From positions 41,104-105,103 of the forward strand of contig CAZBLR010000002.1 of NCBI GenBank assembly GCA_964492895.1: a stretch of DNA of 64,000 nucleotides, in the 5' to 3' direction. This DNA is from an uncultured Zetaproteobacteria bacterium (lineage in GTDB: Bacteria; Pseudomonadota; Zetaproteobacteria; Mariprofundales; Mariprofundaceae). This document shows, in pieces, positions 10,301-17,148 of this stretch. Both the position numbers and the translations under genes were made by a program. How positions within the stretch are numbered: the first letter of the stretch is position 1; every line of letters begins with the position of its first letter. The notes under the pieces are model-generated. The model was not told the origin of the DNA. It worked only from the letters and a program-made list of their open reading frames with translations, and ran no database searches.

Positions 10301-10431
10301 TCGCGATCGCGATCATCGCAGGTATCCTGGTGCAGCTGCCGCTGGTCGTCCTGGTGCAGCCGGTCCTGGTCAGGTGGACGCTGCCGAGGGAGGAAACACC
10401 CCCGCCGCCCGGACGCATGGCGCAAGGCTAA
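7327..10431 (+). CDS. RND efflux transporter permease (AcrB/HAE1-like proton-relay motif)
   Basis: The 1034-aa product has 12-TM RND architecture. TM4 reads AIGLLIDDAIVMVEHV, a DD pair as in AcrB rather than the CzcA/CusA-type motifs. Confidence 0.9.
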   Translation: MNFISWVESHRRSLLFIAFAATLAGVMAGITLPIQLFPTVNFPRIRVEINSGEMPASTMLIKVTEPLEKVARAVPGALNVESTTTRGSAEIFVDFPWGYNMTNALLRVEAALAQKLPDLPPGTGYDALQMAPNAIMPFVSFALISDTVSPAELQTMAKYQIAPLLTGIPGIRKVSTLGGQTSEVQVYISPEQLQAYGLTPTDVARAVSGANSLEAVGRLQDNDLLYLTLTNNQFTSIQSVRNVTLHTKTGDLVRLGNIARVEMGSIPQWLLVDDDGQPSVNINVFQQDNADSLKLKNEVVSKLDTFMKKAPKGITVHKWYDQTDLVSSSIGAMEEAIVIGLIFAACVVLGFLRNWRAALVSMITVPMSVLATCVLLSAFGMTFNIMTLGGIAAAIGLLIDDAIVMVEHVARRAGVPELEQPQRAVLGAAREFLAPLTGSSSATIIMFIPLAFLSGVTGAFFKFLSITMASSLIISYGFTALLVPLMARGLIDFNKWHDPSHDSEDWMRRLHGRLLGGLFARPWLAVVILAVVAAVGYLGQRHAGSGFLPKMDEGGFVLDYQTAPSTSFIETNRELALVEAILKKNPYVETYSRRTGAGLGGDLIMPYGGDFFVELVPPSRRPPIWTVMAQIREKVDAAVPGLTYDTHQLLSDMIGDMVGRRQPVVINLSANDPDILPGVAGKVADAIAHAAGIQPSSVDPGTLPTGDALNIHVNQAQAAMNGLTVAEVKDQVARYLRGDVVTDYMGVVQPVGVRIWSQPQNAHYREHSRLQRDEIKNLLIQAPDGHTFPLGSMATVKFVYGQPALFRENLAQIIPVTAETSGKLALSTTIASVKATLDKVLPEGVYYTLGGAYKQEAKAARGMKMVFAAVALAEVILLLFLYENWWFPVIILGTSTLSAGAVFFGLWVTGVELNITAMMGMVMILGIAVEMSIFLFSEFQNLRNTMPPRQAIFEAALNRFRPIIMSTLAMILALLPLGAAISGSGDQMLQPLAIAIIAGILVQLPLVVLVQPVLVRWTLPREETPPPPGRMAQG

Positions 10432-10443
10432 GTCTGCCTTAAG
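10427..10443 (+). promoter_or_regulatory. Direct-repeat box GCTAAG-N5-CTTAAG, a candidate response-regulator site, 46 nt upstream of the PepSY gene
   Basis: The motif and 11-bp spacing match those at 4850-4866. The box overlaps the RND stop codon. An AAGGAG SD lies at 10478-10483 before the ATG at 10489. Confidence 0.4.
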
Positions 10444-10488
10444 TCCGCCCCGGCATGATCCGTTCATACCCGATCGCAAGGAGATCCC

Positions 10489-10794
10489 ATGAACAGAACC
10501 CTGATATCCATGTCCGTCGCGACGGCCTTGCTGGCCCTGCCGGCCCTGGCCGGCGCCTATACCGGCGAGGCGCTTGCCGGCCAGGCGAAGATATCGCTGC
10601 AGCAGGCCCGCACCATTGCGCTCGGAGCATTTCCGGGAACAATCACGGATCAGGAGCTTGAACGGGAGCATGGTGGCAGCGGCCTGCGTTATGCGTTCGA
10701 TATCCGAAAGGGTGGCGTGGTGCATGAGGTGGGGGTCGATGCCGTCAGCGGCAAGGTGCTGGAGAACAGCCCCGAGGGCCCGCACCCGGACTGA
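10489..10794 (+). CDS. PepSY domain-containing periplasmic protein
   Basis: The 101-aa product has a signal peptide (ALLALPALAGA). The remainder is PepSY-like (ISLQQARTIALGAFPGTITDQELEREHGGSGLRYAFDIRKGGVVHEVGVDAVSGKVL). Confidence 0.75.
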   Translation: MNRTLISMSVATALLALPALAGAYTGEALAGQAKISLQQARTIALGAFPGTITDQELEREHGGSGLRYAFDIRKGGVVHEVGVDAVSGKVLENSPEGPHPD

Positions 10795-10825
10795 TCGGCT
10801 GGGAGGAGGCGGAGAGCGCGCGGGT

Positions 10826-11503
10826 ATGCGATTGCTTGTGGTGGAAGACGACCCGATGATCGGCGACAGCCTCAGGCGCGGCCTGAAGCTGGCGGATTTT
10901 GCCGTCGACTGGGTGCAGGACGGTCCAGCCGCGGAACTGGCCCTGCACAACGGCGTCTACGACATGATGATCCTCGATCTCGGGCTGCCCGGCAAATCCG
11001 GATTGCAGGTGCTGCAGGAGATGCGCCGGCGCGGAAACGAGCTGCCGGTGCTGATCGTCACCGCGCGCGATCTGGTCGATGACCGGGTCACCGGCCTGAA
11101 CCTCGGTGCCGACGACTATCTGGTCAAACCCTTCGACCTCGACGAGCTGAAGGCACGTATCCATGCGGTACTCCGCCGCCAGGGAGGCCGCGGCTCGCCG
11201 CTGATCCGCTACGGCCCGATCTGTCTCGATCCGATCAGCCACCAGGTGACGCTCAGGGGGCAAGCGGTGGCCCTGTCATCCAGGGAGTTCGCCCTGCTGC
11301 ATGCCCTGATGTCGCATCCCGGCGCCGTGCTTTCCCTGGCCCAGCTGGAGGATGCGCTGTACGGCTGGAACGAAGAGGTGGCCAGCAATGCCGTGGAGGT
11401 GCATATCCATCACCTGCGGCGCAAGCTGGGCAGCCACGCCATCCTGAACGTCAGGGGCGTCGGCTACCGCGTGGCCCGACTCGACGATGATCTCGATCCA
11501 TAA
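10826..11503 (+). CDS. OmpR/PhoB-family response regulator (QseB/PmrA/TctD-like)
   Basis: It lies within ORF 10574..11503. The receiver domain shows MRLLVVEDD...MMILDLGLPG...YLVKPF, and the winged helix shows VEVHIHHLRRKL...VRGVGYRV. The ATG is at 10826. Confidence 0.9.
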   Translation: MRLLVVEDDPMIGDSLRRGLKLADFAVDWVQDGPAAELALHNGVYDMMILDLGLPGKSGLQVLQEMRRRGNELPVLIVTARDLVDDRVTGLNLGADDYLVKPFDLDELKARIHAVLRRQGGRGSPLIRYGPICLDPISHQVTLRGQAVALSSREFALLHALMSHPGAVLSLAQLEDALYGWNEEVASNAVEVHIHHLRRKLGSHAILNVRGVGYRVARLDDDLDP

Positions 11504-12821
11504 GCGCCTGCTGATCTGGCTGCTGACCGGCCTGCTCGCCGTCAGCAGCATCGCCGGCATCGCCACCTACCGGAAGATGCTGGAAGAGGTCAACGAGATG
11601 CAGGACTTCGAGCTGCGCCAGGTGGCCAATGCCATCGAATACGCCAGCCGGGCGTTGCCGGCCGGCGTCAATGCCCTGAAGCCGCGCGAGACCGCCAATC
11701 CGTCCTTCCTGGTGCAGCTGTGGCGGCCCGGTGCGAGGTTGCAGTACTCCTCCCAGCCGGACGTGGACCTGCCGCTTGCGGCCGGGCGCGGCTTCTCCTT
11801 CATCGACCGCGGCGATGAACGCTGGCGGGTGTTCAGCCTCGACGCCGGCGACCGCATCGTGCAAACGGCGCAGTCCGTCGAGGATCGCCAGGAGACGGCC
11901 GCCGACATGAGCCTGCGCATGCTGATTCCCTTCCTGGTGCTGGTGCCGGTGCTGGCGGTGCTGGTGTTGCTGGCGGTGCGGCGCGGTCTGTCCCCGCTCG
12001 GGCGGATCGCTGCCGATATCGGCCGCCGGGATTCGACCACGATGCAGCCGCTGGACGAGGGGGCGTTGCCGGCGGAGATCCGCCCGCTCGTTTCCGCCCT
12101 GAACGACCTGCTGGGGCGGCTGGCCGAGGCCATGGACGCGCAGCGCCGCTTCGTCGCCGATGCCGCGCATGAGCTGCGCACGCCGTTGACGGCACTGACC
12201 CTGCAGGCGCAGCTGGTGCAGCAGTCCGCAGACGAGGGCGAGCGCCGCCAGGCCGTCGCCGATCTGAGGCAGGGCATCGGCCGCGCCGCGCACCTGGTGC
12301 AGCAGCTGCTGGACATGGCCCACCAGGAACCGGGCTCGCCGCACGCCACCTCCCGCCTGAATCTGGCCGAACTGGTCCGGGTCAGGGTCGGTGAGCTGGC
12401 GCCGCTGGCGGCGGCCAGGGAGATCGACCTGGGCGTGACGGCGGACCGACCCCAATGGATCGATGGGGATGAACCATCGCTGCGCATCCTGGTCGGCAAT
12501 CTGGTCGACAATGCCGTGCGCTATACGCAGGCGGGGGGGAAGGTGGATGTCTCGGTCGGCGCCGATGCCGAGGGCGTGTGGCTGGCCGTCGCCGACAACG
12601 GCCCGGGCATCCCTGAGGAGGAACGGGAGCGCGTGTTCGAGCGCTTCTACCGCCCGGCCGGCCAGCCGACACCGGGCAGCGGCCTGGGCCTGTCCATCGT
12701 CAGGCAGGTGGCGAGCCTGCATCGGGCGGATATCCGTCTCGAAGCGCCGGCATCCGGCCCGGGCGCGGTGTTCCGGGTGCGCTTCCCCTTCCCGGTCCCG
12801 CGCGAAGCAGGTCCGGGTTGA
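11487..12821 (+). CDS. Sensor histidine kinase (two TM segments, periplasmic loop, HisKA + HATPase)
   Basis: The 444-aa product has H-box FVADAAHELRTPLT, N-box LVDNAVRYT and G-box GSGLGLSIV. It overlaps the end of the response-regulator gene by 17 nt. Confidence 0.9.
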   Translation: MISIHKRLLIWLLTGLLAVSSIAGIATYRKMLEEVNEMQDFELRQVANAIEYASRALPAGVNALKPRETANPSFLVQLWRPGARLQYSSQPDVDLPLAAGRGFSFIDRGDERWRVFSLDAGDRIVQTAQSVEDRQETAADMSLRMLIPFLVLVPVLAVLVLLAVRRGLSPLGRIAADIGRRDSTTMQPLDEGALPAEIRPLVSALNDLLGRLAEAMDAQRRFVADAAHELRTPLTALTLQAQLVQQSADEGERRQAVADLRQGIGRAAHLVQQLLDMAHQEPGSPHATSRLNLAELVRVRVGELAPLAAAREIDLGVTADRPQWIDGDEPSLRILVGNLVDNAVRYTQAGGKVDVSVGADAEGVWLAVADNGPGIPEEERERVFERFYRPAGQPTPGSGLGLSIVRQVASLHRADIRLEAPASGPGAVFRVRFPFPVPREAGPG

Positions 12822-12862
12822 CGAAGCGGTTGCGCATGTGCGTGCTGGGATGGATCGGGAAA

Positions 12863-12939
12863 TGGCGCACCCTAGAGGATTCGAACCTCTGGCCTCAGCC
12901 TTCGGAGGGCTGCGCTCTATCCAGCTGAGCTAAGGGTGC
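12863..12939 (-). tRNA. tRNA-Arg (anticodon CCG), CCA encoded
   Basis: The reverse complement folds as a cloverleaf. The acceptor stem is GCACCCU/AGGGUGC and the D stem is GCUC/GAGC. The anticodon stem is CAGCC/GGCUG with loop CUCCGAA. The T stem is AGAGG/CCUCU with loop UUCGAAU. Total length is 77 nt. Confidence 0.95.
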
Positions 12940-12989
12940 GTTGGCGCGCATCATAAAGCCCCGGGCGGGGGCAGGCAAATATCGGGTGG

Positions 12990-15900
12990 CTATTCCCGGG
13001 CGTCCATCTCGACGCCGACGATGCGCGACACGCCCGGCTCGGGCATGGATACGCCGATCAGGCGATCAGCCAGCTGCATGGTGATCTTGTTGTGGGTGAT
13101 GGCCAAAAACTGCACGTTCTCGGTCAGCTCGCGCACCATCTCGCCGAAGCGGCCGACATTGGCATCGTCCATCGGCGCATCGACCTCGTCGAGGATGCAG
13201 AACGGTGCCGGCTTGATGCGGAAGATCGAGAACACCAGGGCCACCGCCGTCAACGCCTTCTCGCCGCCGGACAGCAGGCTGACGTCCTGCAGACGCTTGC
13301 CCGGCGGCTGGGCGATGACCTCGACGCCGGCGGTCAACACGTCGTCCGAATCCAGGCGCAGCTCGGCGCGGCCGCCGCCGAACAGGCGCGGGAAGGTCTG
13401 TTGGAACAGGGCGTTGGTCTGCTCGAACACATCGCGGAAGCGCTGGCGGGTGGTGCGGTCGATGCGGGCGATGGTCTCGGTCAGCGTCTCCAGGCTCGCC
13501 TCGAGATCGCGGGACTGCTCGGACAGGAAACGCTCGCGCTCGGCCGCCTGCTCGTATTCCTCGATGGCCAGCAGGTTGACCGGGCCGAAGCGCTCCAGGC
13601 GCTCCTCCATATCGCGCGCCTGGCCGAGCACCGTCTCCGGGTCGGGGGCCTCGACCATGCCGGCGATGCGCGCGACCAGCTCCTCGGCCGGGACGTGGCA
13701 GCGCTGGGTGATCTCCTCGCCCAGATCCTGCACGCGGGCCTCGTCGGCGGCGATGCGCACCGCCGCCTCCTGACGTCGTGAGGTCCCTTCCTGCCATTGC
13801 TGCCGTGCCCTGCGCTCGGCCTGCTCCTGCTCGTGCGCCGACTGCTGCAGGGCATGCCCCTGCTGGCGCAGTTCGCTGAGCTCGGCATGCATGCGGTCGA
13901 CGTCGGCCGCGGCCTGCGCCAGCTGCCGGTCGAGTTCGTCGTGGCGCTCGCTCTCGGCCAGCTCCACCTCGGTACGTTGCCGGCGCGCCTCGTCCTCCTC
14001 GCCCTGCCTTTGCAGGCGGGCCTGCTCGGCCTGCAGCCGTTCGCGCTCGCGCAACAGGCTCTGCTGGGACTGGTCGAATAGCGCCAGGGCCTGTTCGGCT
14101 GCGGCCACGCCCTCGCGGGCCTGGCCCATCGCCTGTTCAGCCTGCTTCATCGATTCGCTCTGGCGATCCAGGGTCTCGCGGGCGGCGTCCAGTTCGCGGC
14201 GATCCAGCGCCGTATGTCCGTCGAGCTGGCCCTGCCATTGCGCCAGCTCCTCGCCCAGCTCCTGCTGCTCGTGGCCGAGGCGCTCCAGGCGCTCGCGCAG
14301 GGTCTCGGCCCCGGCGTGCAGGCGCTGCTCCGTCGCCTGTCCGTTGTGCAGGGCGCTCTGGGCCTCGGTGGTCTCCAGGTGGCGCTGCTGCCAGGCGATC
14401 TGTTGTTCCGTCAACGCCTGTTCGGCCGTCTCGAAGCGGGATTTCGCCTGCTCCAGCGCCGCCGTCTCGTCCTGAAGCTGGCTCTCGGCCTCGCGCAGCT
14501 GACGCTTCAGGGCCAGGCGCCGGGCCGTCTGGTTGCCGGCCGGCGGCACCAGCCATCCGTCGGCCTCCCGGCGCCAGCCGGCGCGACTGACCGCGCATTG
14601 TCCCTCCGGGGCATGCACGATGTCGTCGACCAGCGCCACGGCGGCGAACATGTGGTACAGCGGATGTCCGGTGTCCAGTTGCAGCACCGCGGCCAGGCTA
14701 TCGGCCACGGCAGCGGACGGGGCGGCCTGTTCGGCATATAGGGCGATGGGGGCATCGGCTGCCTGAGCCATAGCCTCGCGCCAGGTCTCCGTGCCGGCAT
14801 CGGGTGGCATGCGTGCGTCCGCGGCCCGGCCGCGCAGCGCCGCCGCCACCGCCGGCTCCAGACCCTCCGGTACCTGCAGCTGCTCGTCGACCCAGAGCCC
14901 GCCCTTGTCGCGGATCAGCCCGCGCAGTGCGGCCGGCACGTCCTGGCCGGACAGCTGCGCACGCAGCTCCTGGCTCACGCCGGATAGTTCGCGCACCCGC
15001 GATTCGCCTTCGTTCAGTGCCTTGGACGCCGCCTCGCGCTCTTCCCGGCATGCGTCCAGCGCCTGCTGGGCCGCGGCGAGGTCCTGCTCGGCCCGCGCCA
15101 GGCGCTTGGCGAGCGCGTCGATGGCGGCCCTGGCCTCGGCGTGGGCGGCATCGGCCAGGCGCTGCTCGTCCTCGCTGCGCCCGACCTGTTCGGCCAGGCG
15201 TTGCCGGCGCTCCTCCAGGCGGGCCAGGGAGGTATGGATCTGTTCCTTGCGGCGTCCGGCATCCTCGAAGGCATGGCGGATGCGCTCATAGGCGGAAAGC
15301 AGCCCGTCGCGCTGCTGGCTCTGCTCGGCATAGTGCTTGCGGGCTGCCTCCAGCGTCTGCTGTGCCTCGGCGAGCCTGGACTTCAGCGTCTCGTCGTTCT
15401 GCTCGGCGAGTCTTCCGGCCAGCTCAGTCTCCTCGCGGGTGAGCTGGGCCAGCCGCTCGCCGGCCTCGGCGATGCGTTGCGCCAGCATGCCCTTGCGCTC
15501 GGCCAGTAGCCGGCGTTCGCCGGCCTGGCGCTCCGTCTCCTGCTGCCAGCGCGCGCGTTCCTGCTCGGCCTGGCGCAGCCGGTCCTGCAGGCCCTGCACC
15601 TGCTCCTCGTGGTGGACCGAGGCCTGGCGCGCGTCGGCCAGGGTGCGTTCGATCTGCGCATGCCTGCCGGCCAGCTCCGTCTCGGCGGTCTTGACCTCGT
15701 CCAGCTCCCGGCGCCGGCCGGCCAGCTGTTCCGTCGCCTGCTGGTAGCGGAAGCCGAAGCTCAGCGCCTGCAGGTCCTTGAACTCGTCCTGCATCTTCCT
15801 GAAGCGCTCGGCGCGCGAGGCCTGCTGCTTGAGGCTGCGGCACTGGGTGGCTACCTCCTCCAGCAGGTCGGTGACGCGCTCCAGGTTCTGCCGCGTGTCC

Positions 15901-16454
15901 TGCATCTTGCGCTCGGCCTCGCGGCGGCGGTGGCGGTATTTGACGACGCCGGCCGCCTCCTCGAGCAGCTCGCGCCGCTCCTCGGCCTTGGCCGTGATCA
16001 TGCGCGCGATGGCGCCCTGCTCGATGATGGCGTAGGCGCGCGTGGAGATGCCGGTATCGAGGAACAGGTCGACGATGTCCTTCAGGCGCACCATCTTGCC
16101 GTTGATGAAGGCGTCGGATCCGGATTCGCGGTGCATGCGCCGGCGGATGCGGATCTCGTCCATCTCGTGGTAGGGCGGGGGCAGTTGTCCCGGTTTCACG
16201 GCGAAGGTCAGTTCGACATCGCACATGGCCACCGGGGAGCGGGAATCGGAGCCCTGGAAGATCAGGTCGTCCATGACGCCGCCGCGCAGCTGTTTGGCCG
16301 AATGCTCGCCGAGCACCCAGCGCAGCGCGTCGACGATGTTCGATTTTCCGGAGCCGTTCGGGCCGACGATGGAGGTGATGCCCTCGCCGATCTCGATCTT
16401 CGTCGGGTCGACGAAGGACTTGAAGCCGGCCAGCTCGATGCGCTTCAGTCTCAT
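12990..16454 (-). CDS. smc: Chromosome segregation protein SMC
   Basis: The 1154-aa product has Walker A GPNGSGKSN, long coiled coils with a hinge, the signature LSGGEKALTAVAL and Walker B ILDEVDAPMD. Confidence 0.95.
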   Translation of the reverse strand: MRLKRIELAGFKSFVDPTKIEIGEGITSIVGPNGSGKSNIVDALRWVLGEHSAKQLRGGVMDDLIFQGSDSRSPVAMCDVELTFAVKPGQLPPPYHEMDEIRIRRRMHRESGSDAFINGKMVRLKDIVDLFLDTGISTRAYAIIEQGAIARMITAKAEERRELLEEAAGVVKYRHRRREAERKMQDTRQNLERVTDLLEEVATQCRSLKQQASRAERFRKMQDEFKDLQALSFGFRYQQATEQLAGRRRELDEVKTAETELAGRHAQIERTLADARQASVHHEEQVQGLQDRLRQAEQERARWQQETERQAGERRLLAERKGMLAQRIAEAGERLAQLTREETELAGRLAEQNDETLKSRLAEAQQTLEAARKHYAEQSQQRDGLLSAYERIRHAFEDAGRRKEQIHTSLARLEERRQRLAEQVGRSEDEQRLADAAHAEARAAIDALAKRLARAEQDLAAAQQALDACREEREAASKALNEGESRVRELSGVSQELRAQLSGQDVPAALRGLIRDKGGLWVDEQLQVPEGLEPAVAAALRGRAADARMPPDAGTETWREAMAQAADAPIALYAEQAAPSAAVADSLAAVLQLDTGHPLYHMFAAVALVDDIVHAPEGQCAVSRAGWRREADGWLVPPAGNQTARRLALKRQLREAESQLQDETAALEQAKSRFETAEQALTEQQIAWQQRHLETTEAQSALHNGQATEQRLHAGAETLRERLERLGHEQQELGEELAQWQGQLDGHTALDRRELDAARETLDRQSESMKQAEQAMGQAREGVAAAEQALALFDQSQQSLLRERERLQAEQARLQRQGEEDEARRQRTEVELAESERHDELDRQLAQAAADVDRMHAELSELRQQGHALQQSAHEQEQAERRARQQWQEGTSRRQEAAVRIAADEARVQDLGEEITQRCHVPAEELVARIAGMVEAPDPETVLGQARDMEERLERFGPVNLLAIEEYEQAAERERFLSEQSRDLEASLETLTETIARIDRTTRQRFRDVFEQTNALFQQTFPRLFGGGRAELRLDSDDVLTAGVEVIAQPPGKRLQDVSLLSGGEKALTAVALVFSIFRIKPAPFCILDEVDAPMDDANVGRFGEMVRELTENVQFLAITHNKITMQLADRLIGVSMPEPGVSRIVGVEMDARE

Positions 16455-16467
16455 GGCGTCCGCCCCC

Positions 16468-17148
16468 TCAGGCCCTGGCCGGCTGCAGGCGGTCGAGCAT
16501 CATGAAGCTGACCATGCAGGCGGTGAAACTGGAGGCCACGATCATGTACAGCACGATCAGCTGGGCGCTGGCCGCCGCGATCGGCGCGGCGCCGGCGAGC
16601 ACCATGCCGACGAAGATGCCGGGCATGTGCACCAGGCCGACGATGCGCAGCGTATCCACCGGCGGGATCATCGCCTGGCGCAGGCCGGGCATGGCCCCGC
16701 CCTCGCCGTCCATGCGGTTGAACATCAGTGAGATGGTGTTCATGCCGTTGGCCACCAGCATGCTGCCCAGCGGAATCAGCGAGCGGGTGTCGGCATGGAT
16801 CGCACCCGAAAACGCCAGCCAGGGCAGGGTGACGGCGCAGGCCGCGGCCAGCCCGAGGCTGGCGGCCGGCCAGGCCAGTTTCGGATCGGGGTGATGCGTG
16901 GCGGAGGTGCGCGCGGCGATGACGCAGAAGCACAGCAACAGCCCTGCCTGCGCCCAGTGCGAGCGGATGTCGAAGATCCAGTGCAGCACCAAGGCCAACA
17001 GCAGCAGCTGTAGCGGCCCGCGCAGGCTGGCCACCAGCATGCGCCGGCTGAGCCCCAGCTTCTCGTGCCATGCCCAGGCGGCGGCTCCGCCGAGCAATAG
17101 CCAGGCGGCGGCCAGTCCGGTCAGCGTATGGAGATCCGGCAGTTGCAT
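16468..17148 (-). CDS. UPF0014/YbbM (FetB-like) ABC-type permease family membrane protein
   Basis: This is ORF 16468..17151. It is multi-TM, with the FetB-like C-terminal block IPPVDTLRIVGLVHMPGIFVGMVLAG. The ATG at 17148 overlaps the glyS stop (TGATG). Confidence 0.7.
   Translation of the reverse strand: MQLPDLHTLTGLAAAWLLLGGAAAWAWHEKLGLSRRMLVASLRGPLQLLLLALVLHWIFDIRSHWAQAGLLLCFCVIAARTSATHHPDPKLAWPAASLGLAAACAVTLPWLAFSGAIHADTRSLIPLGSMLVANGMNTISLMFNRMDGEGGAMPGLRQAMIPPVDTLRIVGLVHMPGIFVGMVLAGAAPIAAASAQLIVLYMIVASSFTACMVSFMMLDRLQPARA

Noticed and set aside
4835-12939. A tRNA-Arg-associated genomic island comprising the RND operon, PepSY and the TCS.
   Set aside because: There is no integrase or other mobility gene. 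I found no repeat of the tRNA 3' end near 4835-4890 that could serve as an att site. Only the weaker cassette idea based on the CCTTAAGTC repeats is retained as a finding.
13021-16505. Numerous overlapping ORFs of 90-300 aa on both strands within smc.
   Set aside because: They are all shadows of the 1154-aa SMC coiled-coil gene. Its biased Ala/Glu/Arg/Leu codon content keeps alternative frames open.
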